Positions 48,406 through 59,052 of a stretch of DNA of 64,000 nt are shown in pieces (within the stretch, counting starts at the first letter, position 1; every line of letters begins with the position of its first letter). A program made the translations under genes and the position numbers. The notes beneath the pieces are model-generated. The model searched no databases. It was not told where the DNA came from and saw only the letters and a list, made by a program, of their open reading frames with translations. The DNA comes from an uncultured Candidatus Actinomarina sp. (GTDB lineage: Bacteria > Actinomycetota > Acidimicrobiia > Actinomarinales > Actinomarinaceae): positions 135,529-199,528 of the forward strand of contig CACNFT010000001.1 in assembly GCA_902619825.1 (NCBI GenBank). The letters are read 5' to 3'.

Positions 48406-49148
48406 CTAAATATTTAGAAGTTAATAATTTAAGTTATTCCTATCCAGACGGTCATGAAGCATTAAAAAATATAAGCTTTGATCTTGATAACAAAGAGTCA
48501 TTGGCAATATTAGGCCCTAATGGTGCAGGAAAAACTACTTTGATTCTTCACTTAAATGGGATTTTAGGAAATTTAGATAAAGAAATAAAAGTAAGTAATT
48601 TTGAATACACAGATGAAAATATCGCAGATATTAGAAAGACTGTAGGTGTGGTTTTTCAAGATCCTGATGATCAATTATTTATGCCAACAGTAATAGAAGA
48701 TGTTATGTTTGGACCAAAAAATTTTGGATACAATGTTACAGAATCTGAAGAACTTGCAATCCATGCACTAAAACAAGTTAATATGATTGATTTCTTAGAT
48801 AGACCACCACACCACTTAAGTTATGGACAAAAACGTAAAGTTGCTATCGCAAGCGTTTTAGCATCAAAACCAAAATTATTAGTTCTTGATGAGCCAGGAT
48901 CAAATCTTGATCCATCATCTCGTAGGGAGTTAATTGAAATACTTAATAATCTAGAAGTTTCAAAAATTCTTGTGACCCATGACTTACCTATGGCATTAGA
49001 AATCTGTGAAAGAAGTATTGTTTTAAATGATGGAAAAATAACTCGTGATGACAATACATTAAATATTTTAAAAGATGAAACTTTTATGAAAAATAATAGA
49101 CTAGAGCTTCCATATGGATTTGCATTTCATCATTTAGGTGAAGAATAA
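48402..49148 (+). CDS. ECF/cobalt-type transporter ATP-binding protein (CbiO/EcfA)
   Basis: Walker A GPNGAGKTT, signature LSYGQKRK, and Walker B LLVLDEP. I chose the start at the ATGA overlap with the cbiQ stop. Confidence 0.85.
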   Translation: MTKYLEVNNLSYSYPDGHEALKNISFDLDNKESLAILGPNGAGKTTLILHLNGILGNLDKEIKVSNFEYTDENIADIRKTVGVVFQDPDDQLFMPTVIEDVMFGPKNFGYNVTESEELAIHALKQVNMIDFLDRPPHHLSYGQKRKVAIASVLASKPKLLVLDEPGSNLDPSSRRELIEILNNLEVSKILVTHDLPMALEICERSIVLNDGKITRDDNTLNILKDETFMKNNRLELPYGFAFHHLGEE

Positions 49149-50128
49149 GAATTATCCTTTACAAATGAAACAATCTTCTCTCTAGCGTCTTGGGATTCTT
49201 GAATTGGAAAAAATTGCCATCCATGCCATAAATTTTCCCATGTTTGCAACTCATAAGGAATATTATTTTTTTCTAACTTTTTACAAAACTCAATTGCGTC
49301 ATTGTATAGAAGTTCATCAGAACAAACTTGGATAAGAGTATTTGGAAATGTTTTAATCTCTGCAAAAACTGGAGACAAAATCGGATTTGTAACTCCATAT
49401 TCTCCAGCATAATATTCGCCAATATTTTTAACACCATCTATTGCCAATAAGATATCTTTGTTTTTAAGATATTTTCTATCTTTATTCTCATCTGATAAAT
49501 CTAACCAAGGTGACATTAGAATTAATTTATCAGGGCTTATATCAAATGTTTTATCAACCAATATACCGGTAGCTAGTCCACCTCCTGCTGAGTCTCCCAT
49601 CCAAATTGTTTGTTTACTGGTTTCAAGTTTACTTATGATTTCAACAGCTTTTTTTGCATCTTCGTGTGCTGCAGGAAATAGAAATTCTGGAGTTAATGAG
49701 TATTCAAAGTAATACATTGGAATCTGAAGCTCATAAGTAAATTGAGAAACAATGTTTTTGTATGCGGTAATGCTACCGTTGTAATATCCACCTCCATGAA
49801 AATAAATCCCGAAAGTATCGTCCTGAGCATTGTTAGGAGTAAATTTATAAATATCCATCTCACTGGTAGTAATTTTTTCAAGATGAACATTATCATTAAA
49901 TTTATTTAATCTTGAACCTGTATAGTCATAACCTATTCTGGCAGTCCTGGCGAAATCAATTCTATCCTGAAACGTCTGTTGACTTTTTGGTTTATTTAGT
50001 AGAACTTTGTCTTTTAACTTTCTGATTGGAAGAATATTTTTATAAAGTTTTGTTCTTAATCCAATAGGAAGGCTTGGAATATAATCAAGCGTAAACTTTT
50101 CCAATATTTTTAATAATATATTTATCAC
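49130..50128 (-). CDS. Alpha/beta-hydrolase esterase/lipase (HSL-like family)
   Basis: HGGG oxyanion motif (FHGGGY) and nucleophile elbow GDSAGG. Confidence 0.75.
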   Translation of the reverse strand: MINILLKILEKFTLDYIPSLPIGLRTKLYKNILPIRKLKDKVLLNKPKSQQTFQDRIDFARTARIGYDYTGSRLNKFNDNVHLEKITTSEMDIYKFTPNNAQDDTFGIYFHGGGYYNGSITAYKNIVSQFTYELQIPMYYFEYSLTPEFLFPAAHEDAKKAVEIISKLETSKQTIWMGDSAGGGLATGILVDKTFDISPDKLILMSPWLDLSDENKDRKYLKNKDILLAIDGVKNIGEYYAGEYGVTNPILSPVFAEIKTFPNTLIQVCSDELLYNDAIEFCKKLEKNNIPYELQTWENLWHGWQFFPIQESQDAREKIVSFVKDNSYSSPK

Positions 50129-50179
50129 ATATTAATTATACAATTTTTCAAGAATGAATAAATACCTATAATAGTTTCT

Positions 50180-51265
50180 ATGCAAGAAGTAAATGGTTCA
50201 ATTGCAATACTTGGTTCTGGAGAAACAAGTCCTAATTTGGTTTCTGTACATAGAAATTTAATAAATAAAATTGATGGTGAAGTAATTGCTTCTTTAATAG
50301 ATACGCCTTTTGGATTTCAAGAAAATGCTGATCAGTTAGTTGATAAATTGATTGAATTTTATGATGTAAGTCTAAATTTAGAAATAAACTTGGCTAGCTT
50401 TAGAAATAAAAAGTTTTTTAAATCAGTTGAATACTTTGAGTTTATAAAAAAAATTCAAAGTTCAAATTTTATATTTTCGGGACCAGGTAGTCCAAGCTAC
50501 GCAACAAAAAATTGGATAGATACAGATGTACCAGAAATTTTTAAAGAGAGACTTTGCTCTGGAAGTAGCTTAATTTTTGCCAGTGCAGCAGCATCAACTT
50601 TAGGTATTAGAACAATTCCTGTCTATGAAATATACAAGGTTGGGATTGATCCCTACTGGGAGAAAGGTATAAATCTTCTTGAAGTTTTTGATATTGATTG
50701 TGTAGTTGTTCCACACTTTAATAATAAAGAAGGTGGAAACCATGACACGAGCATAAGTTATCTTGGTGCTAAAAGAATGGAAATTCTACAAGAGATTCAA
50801 CCAACTAATATATTAGGAATCGATGAACATACAGCTCTTATAATTGATGCAAAAGAAAACCTTTTTGAAGTTGAAGGGTTAGGACAAGTCACTGTCATTA
50901 ATCAAAATGAAACTCAAAACTTTAAGAATGGTGAAAAATATAGTTTAGATGATCTTAGAAAGTTATTAGAAAGTACTGAAACAAAACAAATTAAAGTACG
51001 TGCTGACAATGATCAAAATTCTCAAGATGAACAAATTGAAGATGTTTTAAGAAAAGAAATAGCTGAATTAAGACTGGAAATTGAAAAGAATAATAAAAAT
51101 TTAGAAAATATAAATAATTTAATCAATAAATTAATTTCTTACCGTATAGAACTTAGATCATCTAAAAAATATGAAGAATCAGATATCGTCAGAGATTTTC
51201 TTACAGAATCAAATATAGAAATTGAGGATGATAGGAATTCTTCCAGCTGGAAGTTTAAAGATTAA
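50180..51265 (+). CDS. Peptidase S51-like (class I glutamine amidotransferase-like) domain protein with C-terminal coiled-coil region
   Basis: The N-terminal domain carries the S51-like elbow IFASAAAS. The ~100-aa C-terminus is K/E/N-rich and helical. Confidence 0.4.
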   Translation: MQEVNGSIAILGSGETSPNLVSVHRNLINKIDGEVIASLIDTPFGFQENADQLVDKLIEFYDVSLNLEINLASFRNKKFFKSVEYFEFIKKIQSSNFIFSGPGSPSYATKNWIDTDVPEIFKERLCSGSSLIFASAAASTLGIRTIPVYEIYKVGIDPYWEKGINLLEVFDIDCVVVPHFNNKEGGNHDTSISYLGAKRMEILQEIQPTNILGIDEHTALIIDAKENLFEVEGLGQVTVINQNETQNFKNGEKYSLDDLRKLLESTETKQIKVRADNDQNSQDEQIEDVLRKEIAELRLEIEKNNKNLENINNLINKLISYRIELRSSKKYEESDIVRDFLTESNIEIEDDRNSSSWKFKD

Positions 51266-52070
51266 TTGATCCGTATTCACCCAAAATTTTAAATTCTTTG
51301 GCTACTTGTCTAAGATTATCCATTAAAAGTTGGTCAATTTTTATGTCAGTATTCTGATAATCTACGTAAAACTTATATTCCCAAGGAGATCCCAGGATTG
51401 GTCTTGATTCTAATTTTATAAGATTTAATTTAAGAACATCGAACACAGTTAAGGCCTTAAGTAAGGAGCCAGGCTCATCCGCTGCTACAAGAATTGCAGA
51501 GCGAATATTTTTTTCTTCAGAAATTTCAAGTGGTTTTTTTCCTGTCAAAAAAAATCTTGTGTAATTTTCTTCGTGATTAGATATATTTTTCTCAATTATT
51601 GTAAATCTTTCATCATTATCAAAATGATCACCTGCTATAGCCCCAATATCAATTGATTTAGTCTCTAATAAACTAATTACACTTCCTGCAGTATCAAACA
51701 CTGGTTGAAGTTCAACATCTAAATCATTTAAATATTTACTACATTGTTGAAGTGCTTGTGGATGAGATATAACTTTTTTTATATCTTCTTTTTTTGTTCC
51801 TTTAATACCAATGAGGGCATGGTTTATCTTCTTTTTAATCTCTAAATATATTTCTAAATTGTGTTCAATTAAACTTTCATAAGCTTCTATTACTGTTCCA
51901 ACAAGAGAATTTTCAACTGGCAAAAGCCCAAAACCTTCTTGAGTCGTATTTTTAGATACCTCCTGAAAGGTTTTGCAAGAGACTAATTCGTAATCTGGAA
52001 ATAATTCTAATAATACAGATTCAGAGTATGAGCCCTTTGATCCCTGGTAAAAAATTTTTTCATTTTTCAT
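51255..52070 (-). CDS. pheA: Prephenate dehydratase
   Basis: PDT domain plus C-terminal ACT domain; last gene of the aro cluster. Confidence 0.85.
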   Translation of the reverse strand: MKNEKIFYQGSKGSYSESVLLELFPDYELVSCKTFQEVSKNTTQEGFGLLPVENSLVGTVIEAYESLIEHNLEIYLEIKKKINHALIGIKGTKKEDIKKVISHPQALQQCSKYLNDLDVELQPVFDTAGSVISLLETKSIDIGAIAGDHFDNDERFTIIEKNISNHEENYTRFFLTGKKPLEISEEKNIRSAILVAADEPGSLLKALTVFDVLKLNLIKLESRPILGSPWEYKFYVDYQNTDIKIDQLLMDNLRQVAKEFKILGEYGSINL

Positions 52071-52491
52071 TTATATAATCAATTCCTTTTTTGTAACTAT
52101 CAATACCTAAACCTACAAATGATTCCTCACATACATCGTGAATTAGATTTGTTTTTCTAAAGTTTTCCCTCTTTCTAATATCTGTCATATGTACTTCTAC
52201 GATAGGTAAATTTAGAAGTAGTAATGAATCTCTTATTGCCACACTTGTGTGAGTATATCCACCAGGATTAATTATCAAACCGTCAATAGCTTCATTATTG
52301 AAAATGTTTTGGATAAATTCACAAATATCTCCCTCATGATTGGATTGATAAAAAATTAATTTATCTTGATTGTTCGTGTAGTTTTCAAGTTCAGAAATTA
52401 ATTCCTTATAAGTAGTTGTTCCATATTTATCAATTTCTCTTTGCCCAAGAAAATTTAAATTTGGACCATTGATGATTACAATTTTACCCAT
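52060..52491 (-). CDS. aroQ: 3-dehydroquinate dehydratase type II
   Basis: IVIINGPNLNFLGQRE N-terminus and HxTDIRxRE. Confidence 0.9.
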   Translation of the reverse strand: MGKIVIINGPNLNFLGQREIDKYGTTTYKELISELENYTNNQDKLIFYQSNHEGDICEFIQNIFNNEAIDGLIINPGGYTHTSVAIRDSLLLLNLPIVEVHMTDIRKRENFRKTNLIHDVCEESFVGLGIDSYKKGIDYINEK

Positions 52492-53485
52492 TAATTAAAA
52501 CCTCCAAAAGATCGTTTACGTGTAAATCAATCAAAATAGGTTTCTCAATATCTTCAATTAATACGAATTTAATTATGTCATTTGATACTTTCTTATCATT
52601 TGAAATTATCTCTTTTAGATAATTGTTATCATTTGAAAATTTATAATCTGTTTTTAGTGATTTTTTACTCAAAAAATCTTCAAACTGATGTTTCACATTA
52701 TTATCAAGATGGCACTTAGTCTCAGCTATTTCAAGGCCTTTAAGAATTCCAATAGCTACAGCCTGTCCATGGGAAACACTGTAATCCGAATCTTTTTCAA
52801 TTAGATGTCCTATTGTATGTCCTAAATTTAGAAACATTCTTTCATTACTTTCTTCAATATCATTGTGTAAAATACTATTTTTCACTTTTACACTTTTTTT
52901 TATTATTTCATCGATATTTTTCATAAAATCATCAACATATATCAAATCAAGTATTGTTCTATCCCCTAAAAAGCCAGCCTTAATGGATTCAATTATTCCA
53001 TTATTAAGTTCATTTTCAGAAAGGGAATCTAAAAATTCTGAGCAAATCAATATTTTTTCTGGAATAAAAAAGGTTCCAATCTGATTTTTACCATAGTCGT
53101 TGTTAAAACCATTCTTACCTCCATGAGCTGCATCTACCATCCCCAGCAACGTCGACGGTATTAAACATAATTTTGCACCACGTTTGAATGTACTAGTTGC
53201 AAAACCCACTAAATCAGTTAGTACACCTCCACCAATCCCAATAACTTTAGAATTTCTATCTAAAGATTGATCAAACATAATTGCCCAGAGCTTTTGTATA
53301 GTCTCTAAGTCCTTGGTTGATTCATTTATATCAATTTCAAAAATGTTTAAATTCTCATCTAGGTTGAGAATTGATGAGAGATTAGAGTCAAGAAATACCA
53401 CATAATTATGAGTATTTATATAGTTTTTTAGATCTATATATAGATCATTAAAGTTATTTGAGTAATCTATTTCAGATAACTTCAT
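52484..53485 (-). CDS. aroB: 3-dehydroquinate synthase
   Basis: NAD-binding GGGVLTDLVGF and metal-ligand His residues. Confidence 0.85.
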   Translation of the reverse strand: MKLSEIDYSNNFNDLYIDLKNYINTHNYVVFLDSNLSSILNLDENLNIFEIDINESTKDLETIQKLWAIMFDQSLDRNSKVIGIGGGVLTDLVGFATSTFKRGAKLCLIPSTLLGMVDAAHGGKNGFNNDYGKNQIGTFFIPEKILICSEFLDSLSENELNNGIIESIKAGFLGDRTILDLIYVDDFMKNIDEIIKKSVKVKNSILHNDIEESNERMFLNLGHTIGHLIEKDSDYSVSHGQAVAIGILKGLEIAETKCHLDNNVKHQFEDFLSKKSLKTDYKFSNDNNYLKEIISNDKKVSNDIIKFVLIEDIEKPILIDLHVNDLLEVLING

Positions 53486-53981
53486 TTTTTAACCACGTAT
53501 TTTGAATAATTGTTTCTGCTATTATTTTCTCTTTTTTATTTTTGATATCGATAAAATGTTTTGACTGGCTATATAAATTTTCACGCAATCTGTAAAGTTC
53601 TAATATCTCTTCTTTACCTTTTTTTACAAGCGGACGATCTGAATTTGAAATTCTTTTCCATAAATTTTCAAATGTATCTTTTAGATAAAAACTAAGTTCT
53701 GAATTTTTGACCTCATCCAGAATATGTGAGACTTCAAGAGAACCTCCACCAAGAGCAATTACGGAATCATTATTTGGCAATGCTTCAAAAGTTTTAAGTT
53801 CAATATTACGAAAATATTTTTCACCTTTTGTTTGAAAGATTTTATTTATACTTCCATATTTTTTTTCAATATTTTCATCTAGGTCAATTGTATTTACATT
53901 TACTATCTGTTTTATTTTTTTGAGAATCGATGTTTTACCAGAACCCATGAATCCAACTAAATAGATATTATTCTGTTTCAT
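53472..53981 (-). CDS. aroK: Shikimate kinase
   Basis: P-loop GFMGSGKTS. Confidence 0.85.
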   Translation of the reverse strand: MKQNNIYLVGFMGSGKTSILKKIKQIVNVNTIDLDENIEKKYGSINKIFQTKGEKYFRNIELKTFEALPNNDSVIALGGGSLEVSHILDEVKNSELSFYLKDTFENLWKRISNSDRPLVKKGKEEILELYRLRENLYSQSKHFIDIKNKKEKIIAETIIQNTWLKNEVI

Positions 53982-55146
53982 AGTTCATTTTCCAAGTCTG
54001 ATTGTCCATGTCAAAATCATCAACATTCAATTTTGAAATACTATTAAAGTTTTTTACAATTTCTTTTTTGCTGTCCCCTCCAGTTTTAAGTAATAAATTT
54101 CGTAAAATTTCAAATGCCATTGCGCTTTCGAAAATTGGGACAGCCCTTGGTACCGCACATGTATCAGAACGTTCATAAACTGTGTTTGTTTCCTCCTTTG
54201 ACGATAAATTTACGCTCTTTATCGGAGTTAATGTCGTACTAATTGGTTTTAAATATGCTTTAACTATAATTTCTTCTCCGTTAGTCATACCACCTTCAAA
54301 ACCTCCAAGATTATTGGATTCTTTTTTGATAGATCCATCTTGTAAAACATATTGATCTTGAACATCTGTTCCAAAGTTTTTTGAAGCTTCTATTCCATTA
54401 CCTATTTCAACAGCTTTTACACTTTGTATTGACATAAATATTCTGGCAAGATTCGCATCTAACTTTCTATCCCAATGTACAAAACTTCCTAATGTAGGAG
54501 GTACTCCTGATGCTATTGTTGTGATTGCTCCGCCAAGTGTATCTTTCCTTTTTCTTGCTTCAAGTATCTCATTCTCCATATCTTTCCCGGCTTTTTCATC
54601 GGGACAAGATACTGGTGAGTCGGTGACTTTTGATTGTAGATCTTGTAAATCAATTATTTTTTCTTGCACATAATCAACTTTTCCAATTCCAGAAACATAT
54701 CCACAAATATTGATTTCAAAACTTTCTAAAATTTGAGCCGCTATTGCTCCTAGAGCACATCTCATAGCTGTTTCCCTTGCGCTTGATCTTTCGAGTACTA
54801 ATCTGATGTCCGAACTATTATATTTCGCAGTTCCTATCAAGTCAGCATGTCCGGGCCTTGGTACTACATAAGGTTCAATATCTTTATCTTTCCAATTTTT
54901 CCAATCATTATTTTTTATTTTTAATGTGATTGGCCCGCCAGTAGTTAGGTTGTTTATTATTCCCGAGGTTATCTCAACTTCATCGCTCTCAATATTCATT
55001 CTTCCACCTGAACCTTGGCTTTTTTGTCTTCTTTTAAGAAAACTATCAATATAGTCTTTTGTTATGTTAAATCCGGCAGGTAGGCCTTCAATGATACCTG
55101 TTAACTCAGGCCCATGGCTTTCACCGGCAGTTAAGAATCTAATCAT
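53968..55146 (-). CDS. aroC: Chorismate synthase
   Basis: N-terminus MIRFLTAGESHGPELTGIIEGLPAG. Confidence 0.9.
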   Translation of the reverse strand: MIRFLTAGESHGPELTGIIEGLPAGFNITKDYIDSFLKRRQKSQGSGGRMNIESDEVEITSGIINNLTTGGPITLKIKNNDWKNWKDKDIEPYVVPRPGHADLIGTAKYNSSDIRLVLERSSARETAMRCALGAIAAQILESFEINICGYVSGIGKVDYVQEKIIDLQDLQSKVTDSPVSCPDEKAGKDMENEILEARKRKDTLGGAITTIASGVPPTLGSFVHWDRKLDANLARIFMSIQSVKAVEIGNGIEASKNFGTDVQDQYVLQDGSIKKESNNLGGFEGGMTNGEEIIVKAYLKPISTTLTPIKSVNLSSKEETNTVYERSDTCAVPRAVPIFESAMAFEILRNLLLKTGGDSKKEIVKNFNSISKLNVDDFDMDNQTWKMNYETE

Positions 55147-55927
55147 TTTGACTTTCTAGTAATTTGTATAACTCATCATATATATCTAAAACTTGTAAGT
55201 TAAGATTTGTCCAAATGTTAAAAGACAATACCGCTTGGCAAATAAGCATCCCTATACCATCGTAGGACTCAAATTCTGAAATAAATTTTTCAAAAAAAGA
55301 ATTTTTATAACCATATCCAATATTTAAAAATAATTCTAGATTTGTAAATTGATTTGTATCTAAATCAAGTGATTCCGAAGATAAATGAGACATCCCAACT
55401 GGTGTAGTATTAATCACTAAATCAATTTCAGGAGCAAGTTCTTTTGCATTTACATATGAAATTGTCTCATCAGTTTGATTTCTACTTACAACATGAGTTT
55501 TTGTTTTATGAGTTGATAAAGCATATTTAATTGCTTTGGAACTTCCACCACTTCCCAAGATTAATATATTTTTTTTGTTCAAATCATATCCAATTTTTTT
55601 CAAAAATAGTGTAAAACCTTCAAAGTCAGTATTGAAAAGTTCAATTTTATCGTCTGTTCTTTTTACAGTATTCGTAGATCCTATTTTTTGGACATGTTCA
55701 TCAATAGTAAAATCTATATCTAAATTTAGTATTTTTTCTTTGTGTGGAATAGTTATATTGAATCCATTAAGATCAGCAATTAATGTATCAACCGATTCTG
55801 TTGTTAAATTCTTAATTTTAAATGGCTGATATTTACTATCCAGATTGTTCATATTAAACAAATAGTTCTGAATAATTGGAGAATAAGTTTTTTCGAGTGG
55901 CCATCCAATAATTCCATAATTACTCAT
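55139..55927 (-). CDS. aroE: Shikimate dehydrogenase
   Basis: N-terminal substrate domain and the NADP GSGGSSKA motif. Confidence 0.8.
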   Translation of the reverse strand: MSNYGIIGWPLEKTYSPIIQNYLFNMNNLDSKYQPFKIKNLTTESVDTLIADLNGFNITIPHKEKILNLDIDFTIDEHVQKIGSTNTVKRTDDKIELFNTDFEGFTLFLKKIGYDLNKKNILILGSGGSSKAIKYALSTHKTKTHVVSRNQTDETISYVNAKELAPEIDLVINTTPVGMSHLSSESLDLDTNQFTNLELFLNIGYGYKNSFFEKFISEFESYDGIGMLICQAVLSFNIWTNLNLQVLDIYDELYKLLESQND

Positions 55928-57239
55928 TTATTTCACCTCCTAATAGCTTTATATCTTCAAAAAAAGAAGGATAAGAATCATTTATACACTCAAAATTATC
56001 TGGAATTATTTTTTTATTTAGTCCTATGTTTGCAACTATCGCCGTCATAGCGATTCTATGATCATCAAGTGTTTCAATTTTTCCTTTTTTTAATTTTTGG
56101 ATACCTTGAATCTCAAACCCATCATCAAACAACTTAATTTCACCACCTAAATTAAGAATAAAATTTTTCATCGCATCTAATCTATTTGATTCTTTAACTT
56201 TTAGCTCTTCCGCGCCAACTACTTTTGTCAATCCTTTGGCTTGTGAGGCAAGTAAAGTAAAAATTGGAATTTCGTCTATTAAATCCGGAATTTCGTCTTT
56301 ACTAACTGTTGTTCCATTGAGTATTGACTTATTTATTTTTATATCACCTATTACTTCATTGTTTTCTTCTCTAATATTTAAGATCTCAATTTTTGCTTCC
56401 ATTCTTTTTAAGACTTTTATAAATCCCAGTCTTCTTTCATTAATTAGCATATTGGAAAGAATTATTTGTTTACCTCTTAATAAACCGAGAGCAACTAAAA
56501 AAGCACCTGATGATATATCACCAGGAATAGTAATGGTCAATGGTTCTAACTTAGTTGTTGGTGGGACAGTTAATGTATTTCCAAGCCTCAATATATCTAC
56601 ACCCATAGCTACAAGCATTCTCTCAGTATGGTCTCTAGTAGGAACGGTTTCTTCAATAAGGGTTGGTTCATTATGATATAGAGAAGCAAGAATTAATGCG
56701 CTTTTGACTTGGGCACTTGGTACTTTGGTATTTTGATAACTGAATGAATATTCTTTTGGGTTAAAATTTACTGGTAAAAAATTATTTTTTATTTTTATAT
56801 CAGCTCCATGATCAACCAACAAATTAGCAATTCTATTCATTGGTCTTTTATTTAATTGAGTGCTGCCAATTAATGTTGACGAAAATTTTTGTTTAGATAA
56901 TAATCCAATAAGCAATCTAGCAGTTGTTCCAGAATTCTTGGCATTAAGCTCATTTTTTGGTTTTTTTAATCCATTTATTCCCTGACCAGTTATTGAAACT
57001 TTATCCTGGATTTTTACATCAGCCCCCATTTGTTCAACGATTTCTAAAGAGGCTTTTGTATCTTCGCTAATTAATAAATTCTTAATTACAGATGTGCCCT
57101 CAGCTAAAGCAGAAAACAAAATTGCTCTATGGGATATAGATTTATCTCCTATCACTTGAACTGTTCCGGATAACCCTCGATTAATTAATTTCAACTTAAT
57201 GGTCTCTCTCCAAATTTTTCTGATAAAGCTCTTCTCCAC
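55920..57239 (-). CDS. aroA: 3-phosphoshikimate 1-carboxyvinyltransferase (EPSP synthase)
   Basis: LSGTVQVIGDKSISHRA motif. Confidence 0.9.
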   Translation of the reverse strand: MEKSFIRKIWRETIKLKLINRGLSGTVQVIGDKSISHRAILFSALAEGTSVIKNLLISEDTKASLEIVEQMGADVKIQDKVSITGQGINGLKKPKNELNAKNSGTTARLLIGLLSKQKFSSTLIGSTQLNKRPMNRIANLLVDHGADIKIKNNFLPVNFNPKEYSFSYQNTKVPSAQVKSALILASLYHNEPTLIEETVPTRDHTERMLVAMGVDILRLGNTLTVPPTTKLEPLTITIPGDISSGAFLVALGLLRGKQIILSNMLINERRLGFIKVLKRMEAKIEILNIREENNEVIGDIKINKSILNGTTVSKDEIPDLIDEIPIFTLLASQAKGLTKVVGAEELKVKESNRLDAMKNFILNLGGEIKLFDDGFEIQGIQKLKKGKIETLDDHRIAMTAIVANIGLNKKIIPDNFECINDSYPSFFEDIKLLGGEINE

Positions 57240-58024
57240 TCAACTGAAGAGGTAAGGTATTCTATTAATTGATTTTTCTCCTGAAGTGACATTAATGAGG
57301 ATATTTCATCAATTAGTGAAATAAGAAATTTATTTATATTTTCAGAGTTTGTGTTGTACATGTCTATTATCATTTCTGGATTTGTTCTTGTTAGCCTTGT
57401 TGCTCCATCGAATCCACCAGCTGCTAAACCCATAATTTCATCTATTTCATAATCTTTTTTAGCTATCCCAACCAATGCTGAGCTTATTAAATGTGGCAAA
57501 TGACTGGTAATAGATAATATTTCATCATGTTTTTTTCGATCTATCCACACTTCTTTGCAGTTCAATATGTTCACTAAATCTCTAGCAATTTTTTTTGAAT
57601 TGTCATTCATAGATTCTGTTTCACAGAGTAAAAATGTTGCATCATCGTACATTTCAGGTGTAGGTTCCCAGATTCTATTATCAGCTAAACCACACAAAGG
57701 ATGGCCACCTACAGAAGGTATTTTAGAGCTATCCATAAGATTGCAAATTGATTCTTTAGTACCACCAATATCAATTAATAATTTTGAATCATCAATTTCA
57801 TTACCCTCTGATAGAAATGAGACTATATTATTTATCGGCATAGATAGAACTGTCACATCATAACTTTCCTCTTTAGATTTTGTATCAATACCAAATTTTT
57901 CAGCCCTATTTTCAGCTTCCTTATCAACGTCCTGACCAAAAACATCTATACCTTTACTTTTTAAATTGATTCCAAGATTCGCACCCATCAATCCAAGGCC
58001 AATTATTTTTACTTTGTTAATCAT
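57191..58024 (-). CDS. tyrA: Prephenate dehydrogenase
   Basis: NAD-binding IIGLGLMGANLG; TyrA family. Confidence 0.8.
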   Translation of the reverse strand: MINKVKIIGLGLMGANLGINLKSKGIDVFGQDVDKEAENRAEKFGIDTKSKEESYDVTVLSMPINNIVSFLSEGNEIDDSKLLIDIGGTKESICNLMDSSKIPSVGGHPLCGLADNRIWEPTPEMYDDATFLLCETESMNDNSKKIARDLVNILNCKEVWIDRKKHDEILSITSHLPHLISSALVGIAKKDYEIDEIMGLAAGGFDGATRLTRTNPEMIIDMYNTNSENINKFLISLIDEISSLMSLQEKNQLIEYLTSSVEWRRALSEKFGERPLS

Positions 58025-59040
58025 GTTTTTAATGACCTACCAACTACTTCAGCCATTGAACTTACTTTTTTCCCTAAGTCAGTAAGTTCTGGTGGAGTTA
58101 AAGCTTGTGGCCCATCACATAATGCTTCATCTGGCCTTGGATGTATCTCGATAAGAAGACCGTCTGCTCCCGCAGCAATAGCTGCTAAAGCAATTGGAGC
58201 AACTAAATTATTTGCCCCAGTCCCATGGCTTGGATCAGCAATAACTGGTAAATGTGTATTCATTTTCAAATAAGGAATAGCATTTATATCAAAAGTATTT
58301 CTTGTGGCTGTCTCAAAGGTTCTGATACCTCTCTCACATAAAATAACATTTTCATTACCTCTCGTAAGGATATATTCGGAAGCTAAAAGTAGCTCTTCAA
58401 GGGTTGCGCTCATTCCTCTTTTTAATAAAACTGGGAGTTTTGATTCTCCAACAGCTTCCAAGAGTTTAAAGTTTTGCATATTTCTTGCTCCGATTTGAAG
58501 TACATCAACATATTTTTCCATCATTTCAAGATGCTGAACATCCATAATTTCACTGAATAGTGGTAAATTATGTAAATCTGCAGCTTCTTTAAGCAACACT
58601 AGACCTTCTTCACCAAGACCTTGAAAACTATATGGAGAGGTTCTTGGTTTAAACGCACCGCCTCTTAATCCATTTCCTCCAGCTTGAACAACAGCTTCAG
58701 CTGTTTCTAACGTTTGTTCTTGATATTCTGCGCTATCTGGCCCAGCTATAAATGCAAGTTCTTTACCTCCCACAACTAAATCTTTGATTTTTACTTCTGT
58801 GTTTGACTCTTTATAGGTTTTACTTGCAAGCTTGTAAGATCTTCCGATTGGAATAACCTGATGAACGTTATCTAACAATCGCATAACTCCACGATTATCT
58901 TCAATTACCTTCCCATGGACAGCAACTACAGTCCTTTCAACTCCATAAAGAACTTTTGGCTCATGACCTTGTTCAATTGCCTTTGCCTTTACCTTTTCAA
59001 TGTCTTCCTCAGAAGCAGCTTGCTTCATTACTACGATCAA
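58021..59040 (-). CDS. 3-deoxy-7-phosphoheptulonate (DAHP) synthase, type I-beta with N-terminal regulatory extension
   Basis: RGGAFKPRTSPYSFQGLG and the catalytic core. I placed the start at a TTG 6 nt after an AGGAGG motif. The longer ORF to 59085 would translate the terminator hairpin. Confidence 0.75.
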   Translation of the reverse strand: MIVVMKQAASEEDIEKVKAKAIEQGHEPKVLYGVERTVVAVHGKVIEDNRGVMRLLDNVHQVIPIGRSYKLASKTYKESNTEVKIKDLVVGGKELAFIAGPDSAEYQEQTLETAEAVVQAGGNGLRGGAFKPRTSPYSFQGLGEEGLVLLKEAADLHNLPLFSEIMDVQHLEMMEKYVDVLQIGARNMQNFKLLEAVGESKLPVLLKRGMSATLEELLLASEYILTRGNENVILCERGIRTFETATRNTFDINAIPYLKMNTHLPVIADPSHGTGANNLVAPIALAAIAAGADGLLIEIHPRPDEALCDGPQALTPPELTDLGKKVSSMAEVVGRSLKT

Positions 59041-59052
59041 TTTGTTCCTCCT

